From Candidatus Syntropharchaeum sp. (lineage in GTDB: Archaea > Halobacteriota > Syntropharchaeia > Syntropharchaeales > Syntropharchaeaceae), in assembly GCA_026134025.1 (NCBI GenBank), contig JAOQII010000002.1, forward strand, positions 6,008 to 70,007: a stretch of DNA of 64,000 nt, in the 5' to 3' direction. Position 1 is the first letter of the stretch. Each line of letters starts with the position of its first letter. The position numbers and the translations under genes are program-made. Below the pieces are notes generated by a model that had not been told where the DNA came from, did not search any database, and saw only the letters and a program-made list of their open reading frames with translations. This document shows positions 9,514 to 19,194 of this stretch, piece after piece.

Positions 9514-12315
9514 TTATAGCACCCGCTTCAACCACTCCCCTGTATACGTCCCTGACGCTGCAACCTCCTCTGGTGATCCCACTGCCACAACCTCGCCCCC
9601 TTCATCCCCACCTTCAGGCCCGAGATCGATGATATAATCCGCGGACTTTATCACGTCAAGGTGATGCTCGATCACGACGATCGTATTCCCTTCATCCCGC
9701 AACCTGAAGAGCACACCAAGAAGCTTCTTCACATCCGCAAAATGAAGTCCTGTCGTTGGTTCATCGAGGATGTAGAGCGTTCTTCCTGTGCTACGCTTGC
9801 TTAACTCTGCCGAAAGCTTTATCCGCTGTGCTTCTCCTCCTGAGAGCGTTGTTGCAGGCTGACCCAGACGAACGTACCCCATCCCGACATCAAGAAGTGT
9901 CTTAAGCTTCTTTTCAATCGCTGGAATATCCTTGAAAAACTCATACGCCTCCTCAACAGACATATTCAATACATCAAGAATCGACTTACCCTTGTACTTT
10001 ACCTCAAGCGTCTCACGGTTGTATCTCGATCCCTTGCACACCTCACACTCGACATACTTCTCAGGCAGAAAGTGCATCTCGATCGTGATAAATCCTGCGC
10101 CCTCACATGCTTCGCACCTTCCACCTTTGACATTGAAGCTGAACCTTCCTGGTTTATATCCGCGTTTACGCGCCTCAGGAGTCTTTGCAAAAAGTTCTCG
10201 AATCGGTGTGAACGCGCCTGTGTAGGTTGCAGGGTTTGATCTTGGTGTTCGCCCGATAGGTGACTGATCGATCACGATGACCTTATCGATGAGCGTAACG
10301 CCATCAATCCCACTGTGCCTGCCAGGGTAGGTCTTTGCACGGTTCACCCTCCTCGCAAGTGCCTTGTAGAGGATCTCATTCACGAGCGTGGACTTACCAG
10401 AGCCTGATACGCCAGTCACACACGTGAAAAGTCCGATCGGTATCGAAACATCGATATTTTTGAGGTTATTCTCACGCGCACCTCGTACCACAATAAAACC
10501 TTTTTCTGGCTTTTTTCGAACTTTGGGGATCGAAATTATCTCTTTTTTTAATAAAAACCTTCCTGTGACTGAGTTCTCAACCTTACAGATCTCATCGACT
10601 GTGCCCGCTGCAACGACCCATCCACCATGCTCCCCTGCTCCAGGTCCAAGATCCACGATGTGATCCGCGCTTCTTATGATTCCTTCATCATGTTCAACGA
10701 TTATGAGCGTATTTCCAAGATCACAGAGCCTTCTGAGGGTCTCAATCAGCCGCTCATTATCTCGCTGGTGAAGACCGATCGAAGGCTCATCCAGCACGTA
10801 GAGTACACCAACAAGCCCAGATCCGATCTGTGATGCAAGTCTGATCCGCTGTGCCTCCCCTCCTGAGAGTGTTGCAGATCCTCGATCGAGTGTCAGATAC
10901 CCGAGTCCAACACTCACAAGAAACTCAAGCCGTCCCTCGATCTCTCGAAGGATCTCTTTTGCGATGATCTTATCCTTCTCCGAGAGCTTGAGATCCCTGA
11001 TGAACTTAAGGGCATCGCATATCGCAAGCCCCGTAAACTCGGCAATTCCCATCTCTCCAACTGTAACCGCCCGCGCCACGGCTCTCAGCCTTGTACCACC
11101 ACATGCATCACAGGGGATCATCCGCATGTACCGTTCGATCTCACGCCTTGACCAGCTTGAACCCGTATCCTGGTAACGGCGCATCATGCCGGGGATTACG
11201 CCCTCAAATGCCCTTATTAACCGGTGGCTCATTCTCTTTCCACGGAGATTCATCTCAATCTCTTCATCACCTGAGCCATAGAAGATCATCTCCTGAATCG
11301 CTGGGGCAAGATCTTCAAAAGGGGTAGACATGCTGAATCCATAGTGATCCGCAAGCCCTCGAAGCATCTGGTACGCATATCCTTTCGTTCCCCATGGCTG
11401 GATTGCTCCATCAGCAAGTGATAGCGACCTGTCAGGGACAACGAGATCCTCATCGATTACCATTCTGATACCAAGCCCCTGGCAGGATGAGCATGCACCG
11501 TACGGTGAGTTGAACGAGAATACGCGGGGACTCAACTCCTCAAAATCAATCCCGCACTCAGGACAGGAGAAAGCCTCACTGAAGATTAACTCATTCTCAT
11601 CAATCACCGCCCTCAGAATTCCATCTCCTTCTTTAAGTGCGAGCTCCACGGCCTCGGTTACTCGTTCCACGATATTATCTTCATCCTGCACCCTGATCCG
11701 ATCGATTACAAGGTCTATACGGTGTTTAATATTCTTATCAAGTGGAATTTCTTCATCTAAATGGTAGAGACTCCCATCAACTCTCACCCGCGCAAACCCC
11801 CGTCGCTTCAAATCCTCAAAGAGCTGCCTATATTCTCCTTTTCGATCCTTCACAAGTGGACTCAGAATCTGGATTTGCTCTCTAACAGATGAGCGTATGC
11901 GATCAACAATCTCATCAACACTCTGCCGTTTGACCTCTTTCCCACACTCCGGACAGTGAACCACGCCAATTTTCGCATATAATATCCTCAAATAATCATA
12001 GATCTCTGTGATCGTCCCAACGGTTGATCGCGGATTTCTACCTGCACTCTTCTGATCTATCGAGATCGCAGGCGATAGCCCCTCGATGTAATCGACCTCA
12101 GGCTTCTTCATCTGCTCTAAAAATTGTCTGGCATAGGCTGAGAGCGATTCCACATAACGTCGCTGACCCTCAGCATATATTGTGTCAAATGCTAAAGAAG
12201 ACTTGCCAGAGCCAGATACGCCTGTTATCACGATAAATTTATCTCTTGGGAGCGTTAAATCGAAGTCCTTCAAGTTATGCGCTTTCACACCTTTTATTAT
12301 GATATTTTTCTGCAT
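9514..12315 (-). CDS. uvrA: Excinuclease ABC subunit A
   Basis: 933 aa with two ABC ATPase modules ('GVSGSGKSS', 'GVSGSGKST', 'LSGGEAQR' twice) and zinc-finger Cys pairs. Confidence 0.95.
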   Translation of the reverse strand: MQKNIIIKGVKAHNLKDFDLTLPRDKFIVITGVSGSGKSSLAFDTIYAEGQRRYVESLSAYARQFLEQMKKPEVDYIEGLSPAISIDQKSAGRNPRSTVGTITEIYDYLRILYAKIGVVHCPECGKEVKRQSVDEIVDRIRSSVREQIQILSPLVKDRKGEYRQLFEDLKRRGFARVRVDGSLYHLDEEIPLDKNIKHRIDLVIDRIRVQDEDNIVERVTEAVELALKEGDGILRAVIDENELIFSEAFSCPECGIDFEELSPRVFSFNSPYGACSSCQGLGIRMVIDEDLVVPDRSLSLADGAIQPWGTKGYAYQMLRGLADHYGFSMSTPFEDLAPAIQEMIFYGSGDEEIEMNLRGKRMSHRLIRAFEGVIPGMMRRYQDTGSSWSRREIERYMRMIPCDACGGTRLRAVARAVTVGEMGIAEFTGLAICDALKFIRDLKLSEKDKIIAKEILREIEGRLEFLVSVGLGYLTLDRGSATLSGGEAQRIRLASQIGSGLVGVLYVLDEPSIGLHQRDNERLIETLRRLCDLGNTLIIVEHDEGIIRSADHIVDLGPGAGEHGGWVVAAGTVDEICKVENSVTGRFLLKKEIISIPKVRKKPEKGFIVVRGARENNLKNIDVSIPIGLFTCVTGVSGSGKSTLVNEILYKALARRVNRAKTYPGRHSGIDGVTLIDKVIVIDQSPIGRTPRSNPATYTGAFTPIRELFAKTPEARKRGYKPGRFSFNVKGGRCEACEGAGFITIEMHFLPEKYVECEVCKGSRYNRETLEVKYKGKSILDVLNMSVEEAYEFFKDIPAIEKKLKTLLDVGMGYVRLGQPATTLSGGEAQRIKLSAELSKRSTGRTLYILDEPTTGLHFADVKKLLGVLFRLRDEGNTIVVIEHHLDVIKSADYIIDLGPEGGDEGGEVVAVGSPEEVAASGTYTGEWLKRVL

Positions 12316-12420
12316 TTAACCTCATGATTGATAGATTTAGAAAACTTTATTAGTGTGATCCTGTGAGAATGTGTAAGTATAAAATATATGTTTATTCATC
12401 TTTAGAGAGGAGAAGCATAA

Positions 12421-13569
12421 ATGATGGAAATTGCAGGAGAGCCGTTTGCTCAAAAATTTGATCTTTACACCTGTATGCAATGCGGTAAATGCACGGGTGG
12501 ATGCACTGTTTCTTTGAAATCACCGCTGAATGTTCGCAGGATGATGAGAACGGCACTTGTAAGTGAGAGTTCTGATGCTGTTCTGGGCTTGAAAGAACTC
12601 TGGGACTGCACATCCTGTGGCACCTGCACGAGTCGATGCCCGCGAAGCCTTGATCCAGCAGAGGTAATCTTCGGTATGAGAAGCCTTCTCATCGAAGAGG
12701 GGCGTGGCGTTCCAAAGACGATAATGGAAGCACTTGAATCTACGGTCAAGAACGGCAACCCCTGGGGCAGATCTAAGATGAAGCGGACCGAATGGCTCCA
12801 GGACTTTGAAGGGGAGGTCAAAGATCTCACCGGTGGCGCAACTGCAGAACTCCTTGCTTTTATCGGATGCACACCGTCTTACGATCCGCGCGTCCAGGAT
12901 GTGGCGAGGGCGTTTGCAACAGTTTTCAATGCCGCAGGTGTTGACTATGGCATTCTTGGAAATGAGGAGTCATGCTGCGGGAGTGAGATGCATGCGATGG
13001 GTGAGGAAGGACTCTTCGAGATGCTTGTAGAGGAGAACATCGAGTTATTTGGTGGCTTTGAGGTCAAAGATATGGTCACAATCTCGCCCCACTGCTATAA
13101 CGCATTCTCAAACAAGTACAGTGAGTATGCGGATGTTAACTTCGGGGTAAAGCATTATACGCAATTTCTGGCAGAGTTGATTGATAAAGATGGGCTGGAG
13201 TTATCAAAGGAGCTTGGAAAGGTTGTCACATATCACGATCCATGTTATCTTGGAAAACATAACTCAATCTATGACGAGCCACGAAAAGTGATCGAGGCGA
13301 TCCCTGGTGTGACATTTGTCGAGATGGAACGTTCAAGGGAACGAAGTCTCTGCTGTGAAGGCGGTGGCGGCATGATGTGGAACGAGGGGGCAGAAGGAGA
13401 GCGTACCGCTGTTGTGCGGGTGCGAGATGCGGCTGAGCAGGGTGCAGAGATCATCGCTGTCGCATGTCCGTTCTGCATGTTAACCCTGGAGGATGCGGTC
13501 AAGACCGCGGGATATGATGATCAGATCATTGTAAAAGATATTCTTGAACTCCTTGCGGAGTCGTTATAG
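12421..13569 (+). CDS. HdrD-like (HdrC/HdrB fusion type) iron-sulfur oxidoreductase with two CCG domains; no membrane anchor
   Basis: N-terminal ferredoxin motifs 'CMQCGKCTGGC' and 'CTSCGTCTSRCP'. CCG-domain motifs 'ESCCGSE' and 'SLCCEGGGG', and 'ACPFCMLTL'. No hydrophobic segments. Confidence 0.75.
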   Translation: MMEIAGEPFAQKFDLYTCMQCGKCTGGCTVSLKSPLNVRRMMRTALVSESSDAVLGLKELWDCTSCGTCTSRCPRSLDPAEVIFGMRSLLIEEGRGVPKTIMEALESTVKNGNPWGRSKMKRTEWLQDFEGEVKDLTGGATAELLAFIGCTPSYDPRVQDVARAFATVFNAAGVDYGILGNEESCCGSEMHAMGEEGLFEMLVEENIELFGGFEVKDMVTISPHCYNAFSNKYSEYADVNFGVKHYTQFLAELIDKDGLELSKELGKVVTYHDPCYLGKHNSIYDEPRKVIEAIPGVTFVEMERSRERSLCCEGGGGMMWNEGAEGERTAVVRVRDAAEQGAEIIAVACPFCMLTLEDAVKTAGYDDQIIVKDILELLAESL

Positions 13570-13604
13570 TTTTAGGATCAGATAAGATACTGGAGAGGAA
13601 CAAT

Positions 13605-14387
13605 ATGGAGATAGTAGTCTGTGTAAAACGGGTTCCTGACACATCTGAGGCGGATGTGGTAATCACAGGAAAAGACATCAAGAAAGATGATCTCGCCTTT
13701 GAGATCAACGAGTGGGACAACTATGCAGTCGAAGAAGCGGTGCAGATCAAGGAGAAGCTTGGTGGCAATATCACCGTGATCAGTGTCGGAGACGAGGAAG
13801 CAAAAGAGGTAATACGTCGTGGACTTGCGATGGGAGGAGATACGGGAATCAGGATCGACCATCCTGCACTGGCGGGATCTGACTCAATGGCGATCGCAAA
13901 GACGCTTGCAGCCGCGATAAAGGATATTGATTATGATCTGGTCCTAACAGGCGCTCAGGCAGGCGATCTTGGTGCTGGAATTGTACCTGTCGCACTCGCA
14001 GAGATGCTCGGTGTGCCACATGCAACGCTCGCTGTGGGACTTGATATCGAGGATGGCAAGGCAAAGGTGAAGCGTGAGCTTGAAGGCGGACTTATGGAAG
14101 TTCTGGAGATGGATCTACCAGCCGTTGTTGGCGTTCAGACCGGGATCAATGAACCACGATATGTCTCAATTATGGGCATCCGAAAAGCCTCGAAGAAGGA
14201 GATAAAACTGCTTGACATCAGCGATCTTGGACTTTTACCCAAGGATGTCGGAGAGGAAGGTTCATTGACGGTTATCGAAGAGCTGAGCGTACCACCGGTG
14301 ACAAAGGTGGCTGAGATCCTTGAAGGTGATCCGGCAGAGGCTGCTTCCAAGCTTGCAGAAATCATGAAAGAGAAGGGGGTGCTTTAG
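13605..14387 (+). CDS. etfB: Electron transfer flavoprotein beta subunit
   Basis: 'MEIVVCVKRVPDTSE' N-terminus, 260 aa, directly followed by etfA. Confidence 0.9.
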   Translation: MEIVVCVKRVPDTSEADVVITGKDIKKDDLAFEINEWDNYAVEEAVQIKEKLGGNITVISVGDEEAKEVIRRGLAMGGDTGIRIDHPALAGSDSMAIAKTLAAAIKDIDYDLVLTGAQAGDLGAGIVPVALAEMLGVPHATLAVGLDIEDGKAKVKRELEGGLMEVLEMDLPAVVGVQTGINEPRYVSIMGIRKASKKEIKLLDISDLGLLPKDVGEEGSLTVIEELSVPPVTKVAEILEGDPAEAASKLAEIMKEKGVL

Positions 14388-15356
14388 ATGGCTGAAATTT
14401 TTGTACTGGCTGAGCACAGAGAGGGTGAACTGAGAGAGATCACATTTGAGATGCTTGGTGCAGCAAAATATCTTGGAAAAGATATGGGTGCAACCGTAAC
14501 AGCTGTACTTCTCGGGCATGATGTCGACACTTATGCAGAGAAACTTGGGAGTTATGCAGACACCGTGCTTGTTGTTGATGATCCTAAACTTGATTACTTC
14601 AATGCAGAGATCTATCAGAAGGTTCTCTCAAAGTTGATCAGTGATAAGAACCCCGTGGTCACGCTCATCGGACATACTGCCTTCGGGATGGATCTTGCAC
14701 CAGCCCTGGCAGTTGAACTTGGACTTCCGCTTGCAACAGACTGTATAGGCCTTGAGGTTGATGGCGGCAAGCTCTTTGTAACCCGCCAGATCTACAGTGG
14801 TAAAGTGAACGCTAAAGTATCGCTCAAAGGCGATCAATACATGGTGACGATAAGATCTGCTGCATTTCCAGTTGAGGAAGGAACATTAAGCGGTGAAATC
14901 GTCAAAGAAGCAGTTGCGATCGAGGATGTACCATACAGGAAGTTCATCGGGTATGAGGAAGCTCCAGCCGGCGAGGTTGATATCACACAGGCTGACTATA
15001 TTATTGGTATCGGAAGGGCAATCGGAGATCCCGAGAACATCCCAATGGTAGAGGAGCTTGCAGAAGCACTTGGAGGTGTTCTTGCATGTTCAAGACCGGT
15101 GGTTGATAAGAACTGGCTTCCAAAGGATAGACAGGTCGGATCATCGGGCAAGATCGTGAAGCCGAAGCTCTATCTTGCACTTGGTATCAGCGGTGCGTTC
15201 CAGCATGTTGCAGGAATGAAGGATTCTGGGCTTATCGTTGCGATCAATAAGGATCCAAAGGCACCGATATTCAATGTTGCGGATTATGGAATCGTAAATG
15301 ATCTTTTCAAGATAGTACCAGTACTAAAAGAGAAGATAACTGAGCTTAAAGGCTAA
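14388..15356 (+). CDS. etfA: Electron transfer flavoprotein alpha subunit
   Basis: FAD-binding C-terminal signature 'LYLALGISGAFQHVAGMKDSGLIVAINKDPKAPIF'. Confidence 0.9.
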   Translation: MAEIFVLAEHREGELREITFEMLGAAKYLGKDMGATVTAVLLGHDVDTYAEKLGSYADTVLVVDDPKLDYFNAEIYQKVLSKLISDKNPVVTLIGHTAFGMDLAPALAVELGLPLATDCIGLEVDGGKLFVTRQIYSGKVNAKVSLKGDQYMVTIRSAAFPVEEGTLSGEIVKEAVAIEDVPYRKFIGYEEAPAGEVDITQADYIIGIGRAIGDPENIPMVEELAEALGGVLACSRPVVDKNWLPKDRQVGSSGKIVKPKLYLALGISGAFQHVAGMKDSGLIVAINKDPKAPIFNVADYGIVNDLFKIVPVLKEKITELKG

Positions 15357-15380
15357 TTCAGATTGAAGGAGGTAAAGAAA

Positions 15381-16529
15381 ATGGACTTTGAGTTAAATGA
15401 GGAGCAGAAAGACATCGCAAATGCAGCGCGAGAGTTTGCACAGGGTGAGTTCGATAAGGACTATGCAATGGAGTGCGATCAGGAGCACAAGTTCCCACGT
15501 GAGCTTGTCAAAAAGGCAGGACAGCTTGGTTTCATCGGTGTCCACTATGAGGAGGAATATGGTGGAGCCGGGCTTGGTGCACTTGAGAACACGCTGATCG
15601 TTGAGGAGATGTGCAGAGTTGATTCAACACTCGGGATCTGTATGGCACTCCCTGACTTTGGATGTGAGATCATCAAGTGGTGTGGTACAGAAGAACAGAA
15701 GAAGAAGTACCTGCCAAAGGTCTGTTCCGGTGAGTGGATCTCTGCTGGGATCTTCACCGAGCCTGATCATGGATCCGATATCACCGAGATGTCGACCACC
15801 GCTGTGAAGGATGGCGATGAGTGGGTGATAAACGGTACAAAGACGTTCATCACAAATGGTGAGATTGCAGACTTTGGAGTTATTCTTGTACAGACAGATC
15901 CTGATGCAAACCCAAAATATCGTGGGATGTCAACGATTATCGTTGAGAAAGACTGCTGGGAGGCAGCAGACGTTGGACCGAAGATGGGGATCAGGTCAAC
16001 CTCGACAGCGGAGTTGTCATTCTCTGATGCTCGTGTCCCACTTGAGAACCTTATCGGCGTTGAGAACAAAGGCTTCTATCAGGTTCTTGAGTTCTTTGAT
16101 GAGTCAAGGATTGAGATTGCAGCCCAGGCGCTCGGAACCGCTGAAGCAGCCTATGATCGTGTGATGGACTACATCAAACAGCGAGAACTCCATGGAAGAA
16201 AACTCGCATCATTTCAGATAACCCAGCACAAGATCGCTGATATGGCAACAAAGATCGAGGCTGCAAAGCTGCTTGTCTACAAGTCTGCATGGAACTACGA
16301 CAAAGAGCGAAAGATAGATCCTGTACTTACGTCGATGGCAAAGTGGTTTGCAGCCCGTACTGCAGTGGAGGTTGCTGATGAAGCGATCCAGCTATTTGGT
16401 GGTTACGGCTACATAACCGATTACGAGGTTGAGCGGATTTACAGGGATGCAAAGATCTGTGAGATCTACGAAGGTACGAGAGAAGTTCAGAAGAATACGA
16501 TCGCAAGTGGCGTGATCGGAAAGTTTTAA
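15381..16529 (+). CDS. Acyl-CoA dehydrogenase (short/medium-chain type, canonical catalytic Glu)
   Basis: 'TEPDHGSD', 'GTKTFITNG' and 'YRDAKICEIYEGTREVQ' (the YEGT Glu base). ATG 15381 follows gaaggaggt. Confidence 0.9.
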   Translation: MDFELNEEQKDIANAAREFAQGEFDKDYAMECDQEHKFPRELVKKAGQLGFIGVHYEEEYGGAGLGALENTLIVEEMCRVDSTLGICMALPDFGCEIIKWCGTEEQKKKYLPKVCSGEWISAGIFTEPDHGSDITEMSTTAVKDGDEWVINGTKTFITNGEIADFGVILVQTDPDANPKYRGMSTIIVEKDCWEAADVGPKMGIRSTSTAELSFSDARVPLENLIGVENKGFYQVLEFFDESRIEIAAQALGTAEAAYDRVMDYIKQRELHGRKLASFQITQHKIADMATKIEAAKLLVYKSAWNYDKERKIDPVLTSMAKWFAARTAVEVADEAIQLFGGYGYITDYEVERIYRDAKICEIYEGTREVQKNTIASGVIGKF

Positions 16530-16537
16530 TTGAGCAT

Positions 16538-16585
16538 TCCTCCGGCCAGCGTCGGAGGATACACTTTATTTTTTTATTTTTTGGA
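16538..16585 (+). terminator. Stem-loop plus long T-tract after the acyl-CoA dehydrogenase gene
   Basis: tcctccg (16538-16544) pairs with cggagga (16553-16559) across an 8-nt loop, followed by tttatttttttatttttt. Confidence 0.55.
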
Positions 16586-16640
16586 AATTAGATAAATAAT
16601 CCTGATAATTACCCTCTAAACGCTACAGGAAACCGAAAGC

Positions 16641-16648
16641 TTTATAGT
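16641..16648 (+). promoter_or_regulatory. TATA-like box (tttatagt) upstream of the Fpo-like operon
   Basis: Lies in the 150-nt AT-rich spacer, about 31 nt before ATG 16679. This would give a very short leader or a leaderless mRNA. Confidence 0.3.
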
Positions 16649-16678
16649 TAGTCTGATTGAACCTGTACTGTGATCCTT

Positions 16679-17161
16679 ATGACGGAAGAGACGCTTTTAC
16701 TCGGAATTCTCGCAGTTGTCACGATCATATTTGCCACAGGGGTGCTTCTTGTCAGGGATAACTTCTTTGCTGCGATGTACATGTCTGCAACACTGATCAT
16801 GGTCGCAACGATCTCTGCTTTTTTTGGCATCGAGCCCGCGTTTGTGCTCATCGTCTTTATCTTCGTTGGTGCGATCGGAGTCGTGACCGTCGCGCTTGCT
16901 TCAACCTACAGAGAACATTCAGAAAATGGCAATTCATGGAAGATGTGGTTGATCCCGGCGATTGTAACGGCTGGTGTTATTGCCATATCTCTCTATACCA
17001 CACTTGGCAGGGTGCCCGTTGGGCGAACGATCGCCTTTGAGCTTGCATCTTTTCTCTCAAATCCTGAATATATCCTGCTTGTAATATCACTCACAGCGCT
17101 TGGAATTCTTCTAATGTTTTCTGTTTTAAAGATGATAGGAGGCGCAGACGAATGTCAGTAG
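16679..17161 (+). CDS. fpoJ: Complex I-like subunit J (NuoJ/FpoJ family)
   Basis: Five-TM protein. 'VRDNFFAAMYMSATLIMVATISAFFGIEPAFVLIVFIFVGAIGV' resembles the NuoJ core. It is followed by a NuoK-like gene. Confidence 0.65.
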   Translation: MTEETLLLGILAVVTIIFATGVLLVRDNFFAAMYMSATLIMVATISAFFGIEPAFVLIVFIFVGAIGVVTVALASTYREHSENGNSWKMWLIPAIVTAGVIAISLYTTLGRVPVGRTIAFELASFLSNPEYILLVISLTALGILLMFSVLKMIGGADECQ

Positions 17162-17469
17162 ATCCGATCAATTTATCCATCATCTACATAACCTCATTTA
17201 TATTGCTCATCATCGGTTATTCAACCGCGATATCGAGTAAAGATATTGTAAGACTTCTGATATCACTTGAACTCATGTTTGGTGCGGTCTTTCTCACATT
17301 GATACCGCTCTTCTCGAACTTGAGCGAGACCGCATTTGGGATAACGCTTGTTGCTATATTTACAAGCAGTGCTGAGCTTTTAGTCCTCATTGCTGCGATC
17401 ATACTCTTTGACAGAAAACATAAAGATCTCTCAACAGGGCTGATCGATGTGGGAGGTGATCGGGTATGA
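17152..17469 (+). CDS. fpoK: Complex I-like subunit K (NuoK/FpoK family)
   Basis: 105 aa, 3 TM. 'LLISLELMFGAVFL' and 'SSAELLVLIAAIILFDR' match the NuoK pattern. Confidence 0.75.
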   Translation: MSVDPINLSIIYITSFILLIIGYSTAISSKDIVRLLISLELMFGAVFLTLIPLFSNLSETAFGITLVAIFTSSAELLVLIAAIILFDRKHKDLSTGLIDVGGDRV

Positions 17470-18959
17470 TACCTGTAGAATACATGCCACTTCTTGCAAT
17501 TCTGGTTCCTGCAGTTGCATCAGTTCTGATCCTGCTATCTGGTAAGCATCCAAACATCCGTGAAGGCTGGACACTTCTTGCAAGCATCATCACCTTCCCG
17601 ATCGTCCTCTCGCTCGTTCCAGTTATCCTCGATGGAGGGACCATCTCTTACACGCTCTTCAATCTCTACCCGGGACTGAGCTTTTCATACACCGTCGATG
17701 CCTTTGGGCTGATCTTTGCGATAACATCATCCTCTCTCTGGATACTTGTATCGTTATATTCCATAGGCTACATGCGAACACTGGAAGAGCACGCACAGAC
17801 AAGATTTTACTTCTGCTTTGCCTGGGCAATATTCGGTGCACTCGGAATTGCATTCTCAGATAACCTCGTAACGATGTACCTTCACTACGAGATACTCACG
17901 ATCTCAACTTATCCGCTGGTCGCACATCTTGAGACCCCAGAAGCGCTGGCTGCAGGTCGTAAGTACCTTTACTATCTGCTTACGTCTGGAGCTTTCTTCT
18001 TCATCGCGATCGTGGTAACATACTACCTCACAGGAACAACAGACTTTAAAGCAGGTGGGATACTCTCGCTTGCATCGAGTTCGGCGCTGCTTTTGCAGGC
18101 ACTATTTGTATGCTACCTCCTTGGGTTTATGAAAGCTGCCTGGATGCCATTCCATTCATGGCTTCCAACCGCGATGATCGCGCCAACGCCTGTTAGTGCG
18201 CTGCTTCATGCTGTTGCAGTTGTGAAAGCAGGTGTATTTGGTGTTATACGGATCGTCTGCTATATCTATGGCGTGGATCTGATGCACGCGCTTGGGCTTG
18301 GCGTATTTCTGGCAATACTTGTCTCTATCACGGTAATTCTTGCGAATCTATTTGCAATCGGGGAGGATAATCTGAAACGGAGACTCGCATACTCAACGAT
18401 AAATCAGCTCTCGTTCATTCTCCTGGGTGTTGCAATGCTTGGCCCAAAGGGGGTTATGGGCGCGATGATGCACATTCCATTCCACGGGTTCATGAAGATC
18501 ACACTCTTCCTCTGTGCCGGGGCATTGATGGCGATAACCGGCAAGACAAAGGTGAGTGAGATGGCAGGCATAGCGAAGGAGACACCGATAACGATGATTG
18601 CATTCACGGTAGGTGCGCTCGGGATGTGCGGACTGCCGCCTGTTGTAGGATTTATAAGCAAGTGGTATATCTGTCTGGGCACGATCGAGGCGGGGCTGCC
18701 GATCTTTTTAGCTGTTGCGCTTATCGCCTCGCTTCTGGATGTTGTCTATTTCTTCCCGATAATAAAAACCGCGTTCTTTGATAAGCCCTCAGGTGAGGTT
18801 ATTCCAGGAAAAGAGAGAACTCAATCTCTTTATCTTTTCATGATCATACCACTTGCTATAACTGCTCTCTTCTCGATTATACTCTTTGTAGCACCCGATA
18901 CTTTCCATATATTTGATCTCGCCCGGATGGCGATAACCGATCTCTTTGGGGGTGTGTGA
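17466..18959 (+). CDS. Antiporter-like subunit (NuoL/M/N - MrpD family)
   Basis: 497 aa, polytopic. 'APTPVSALLHAVAVVKAGVFGVIRI' is the proton-pump family signature. ATGA overlap with the upstream gene. Confidence 0.85.
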   Translation: MIPVEYMPLLAILVPAVASVLILLSGKHPNIREGWTLLASIITFPIVLSLVPVILDGGTISYTLFNLYPGLSFSYTVDAFGLIFAITSSSLWILVSLYSIGYMRTLEEHAQTRFYFCFAWAIFGALGIAFSDNLVTMYLHYEILTISTYPLVAHLETPEALAAGRKYLYYLLTSGAFFFIAIVVTYYLTGTTDFKAGGILSLASSSALLLQALFVCYLLGFMKAAWMPFHSWLPTAMIAPTPVSALLHAVAVVKAGVFGVIRIVCYIYGVDLMHALGLGVFLAILVSITVILANLFAIGEDNLKRRLAYSTINQLSFILLGVAMLGPKGVMGAMMHIPFHGFMKITLFLCAGALMAITGKTKVSEMAGIAKETPITMIAFTVGALGMCGLPPVVGFISKWYICLGTIEAGLPIFLAVALIASLLDVVYFFPIIKTAFFDKPSGEVIPGKERTQSLYLFMIIPLAITALFSIILFVAPDTFHIFDLARMAITDLFGGV

Positions 18960-18960
18960 T

Positions 18961-19194
18961 ATGGAGATACCGACAGGACCTTACTTCAAACTCTACTACG
19001 TCATTCTTATAATCTCAGTAATCGCAGGTGTGCTGCATGACGTTATGGCGCATCACGAAGTTCACTTTGTATGGGATAAGATACCAGCGTTTCATGCAGT
19101 ATTCGGATTTCTCGGTTGTTTTGTTCTGATCTTCGTATCAAAGACGCTGGGACATTATCTTCTCATGAGGAGGGAGGACTACTATGACGATTGA
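18961..19194 (+). CDS. Small two-TM membrane protein of unknown family inside the Fpo-like operon
   Basis: 77 aa from ATG 18961, wedged between two antiporter-like genes with 1-11 nt spacing or overlap. I recognise no motif. Confidence 0.45.
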   Translation: MEIPTGPYFKLYYVILIISVIAGVLHDVMAHHEVHFVWDKIPAFHAVFGFLGCFVLIFVSKTLGHYLLMRREDYYDD

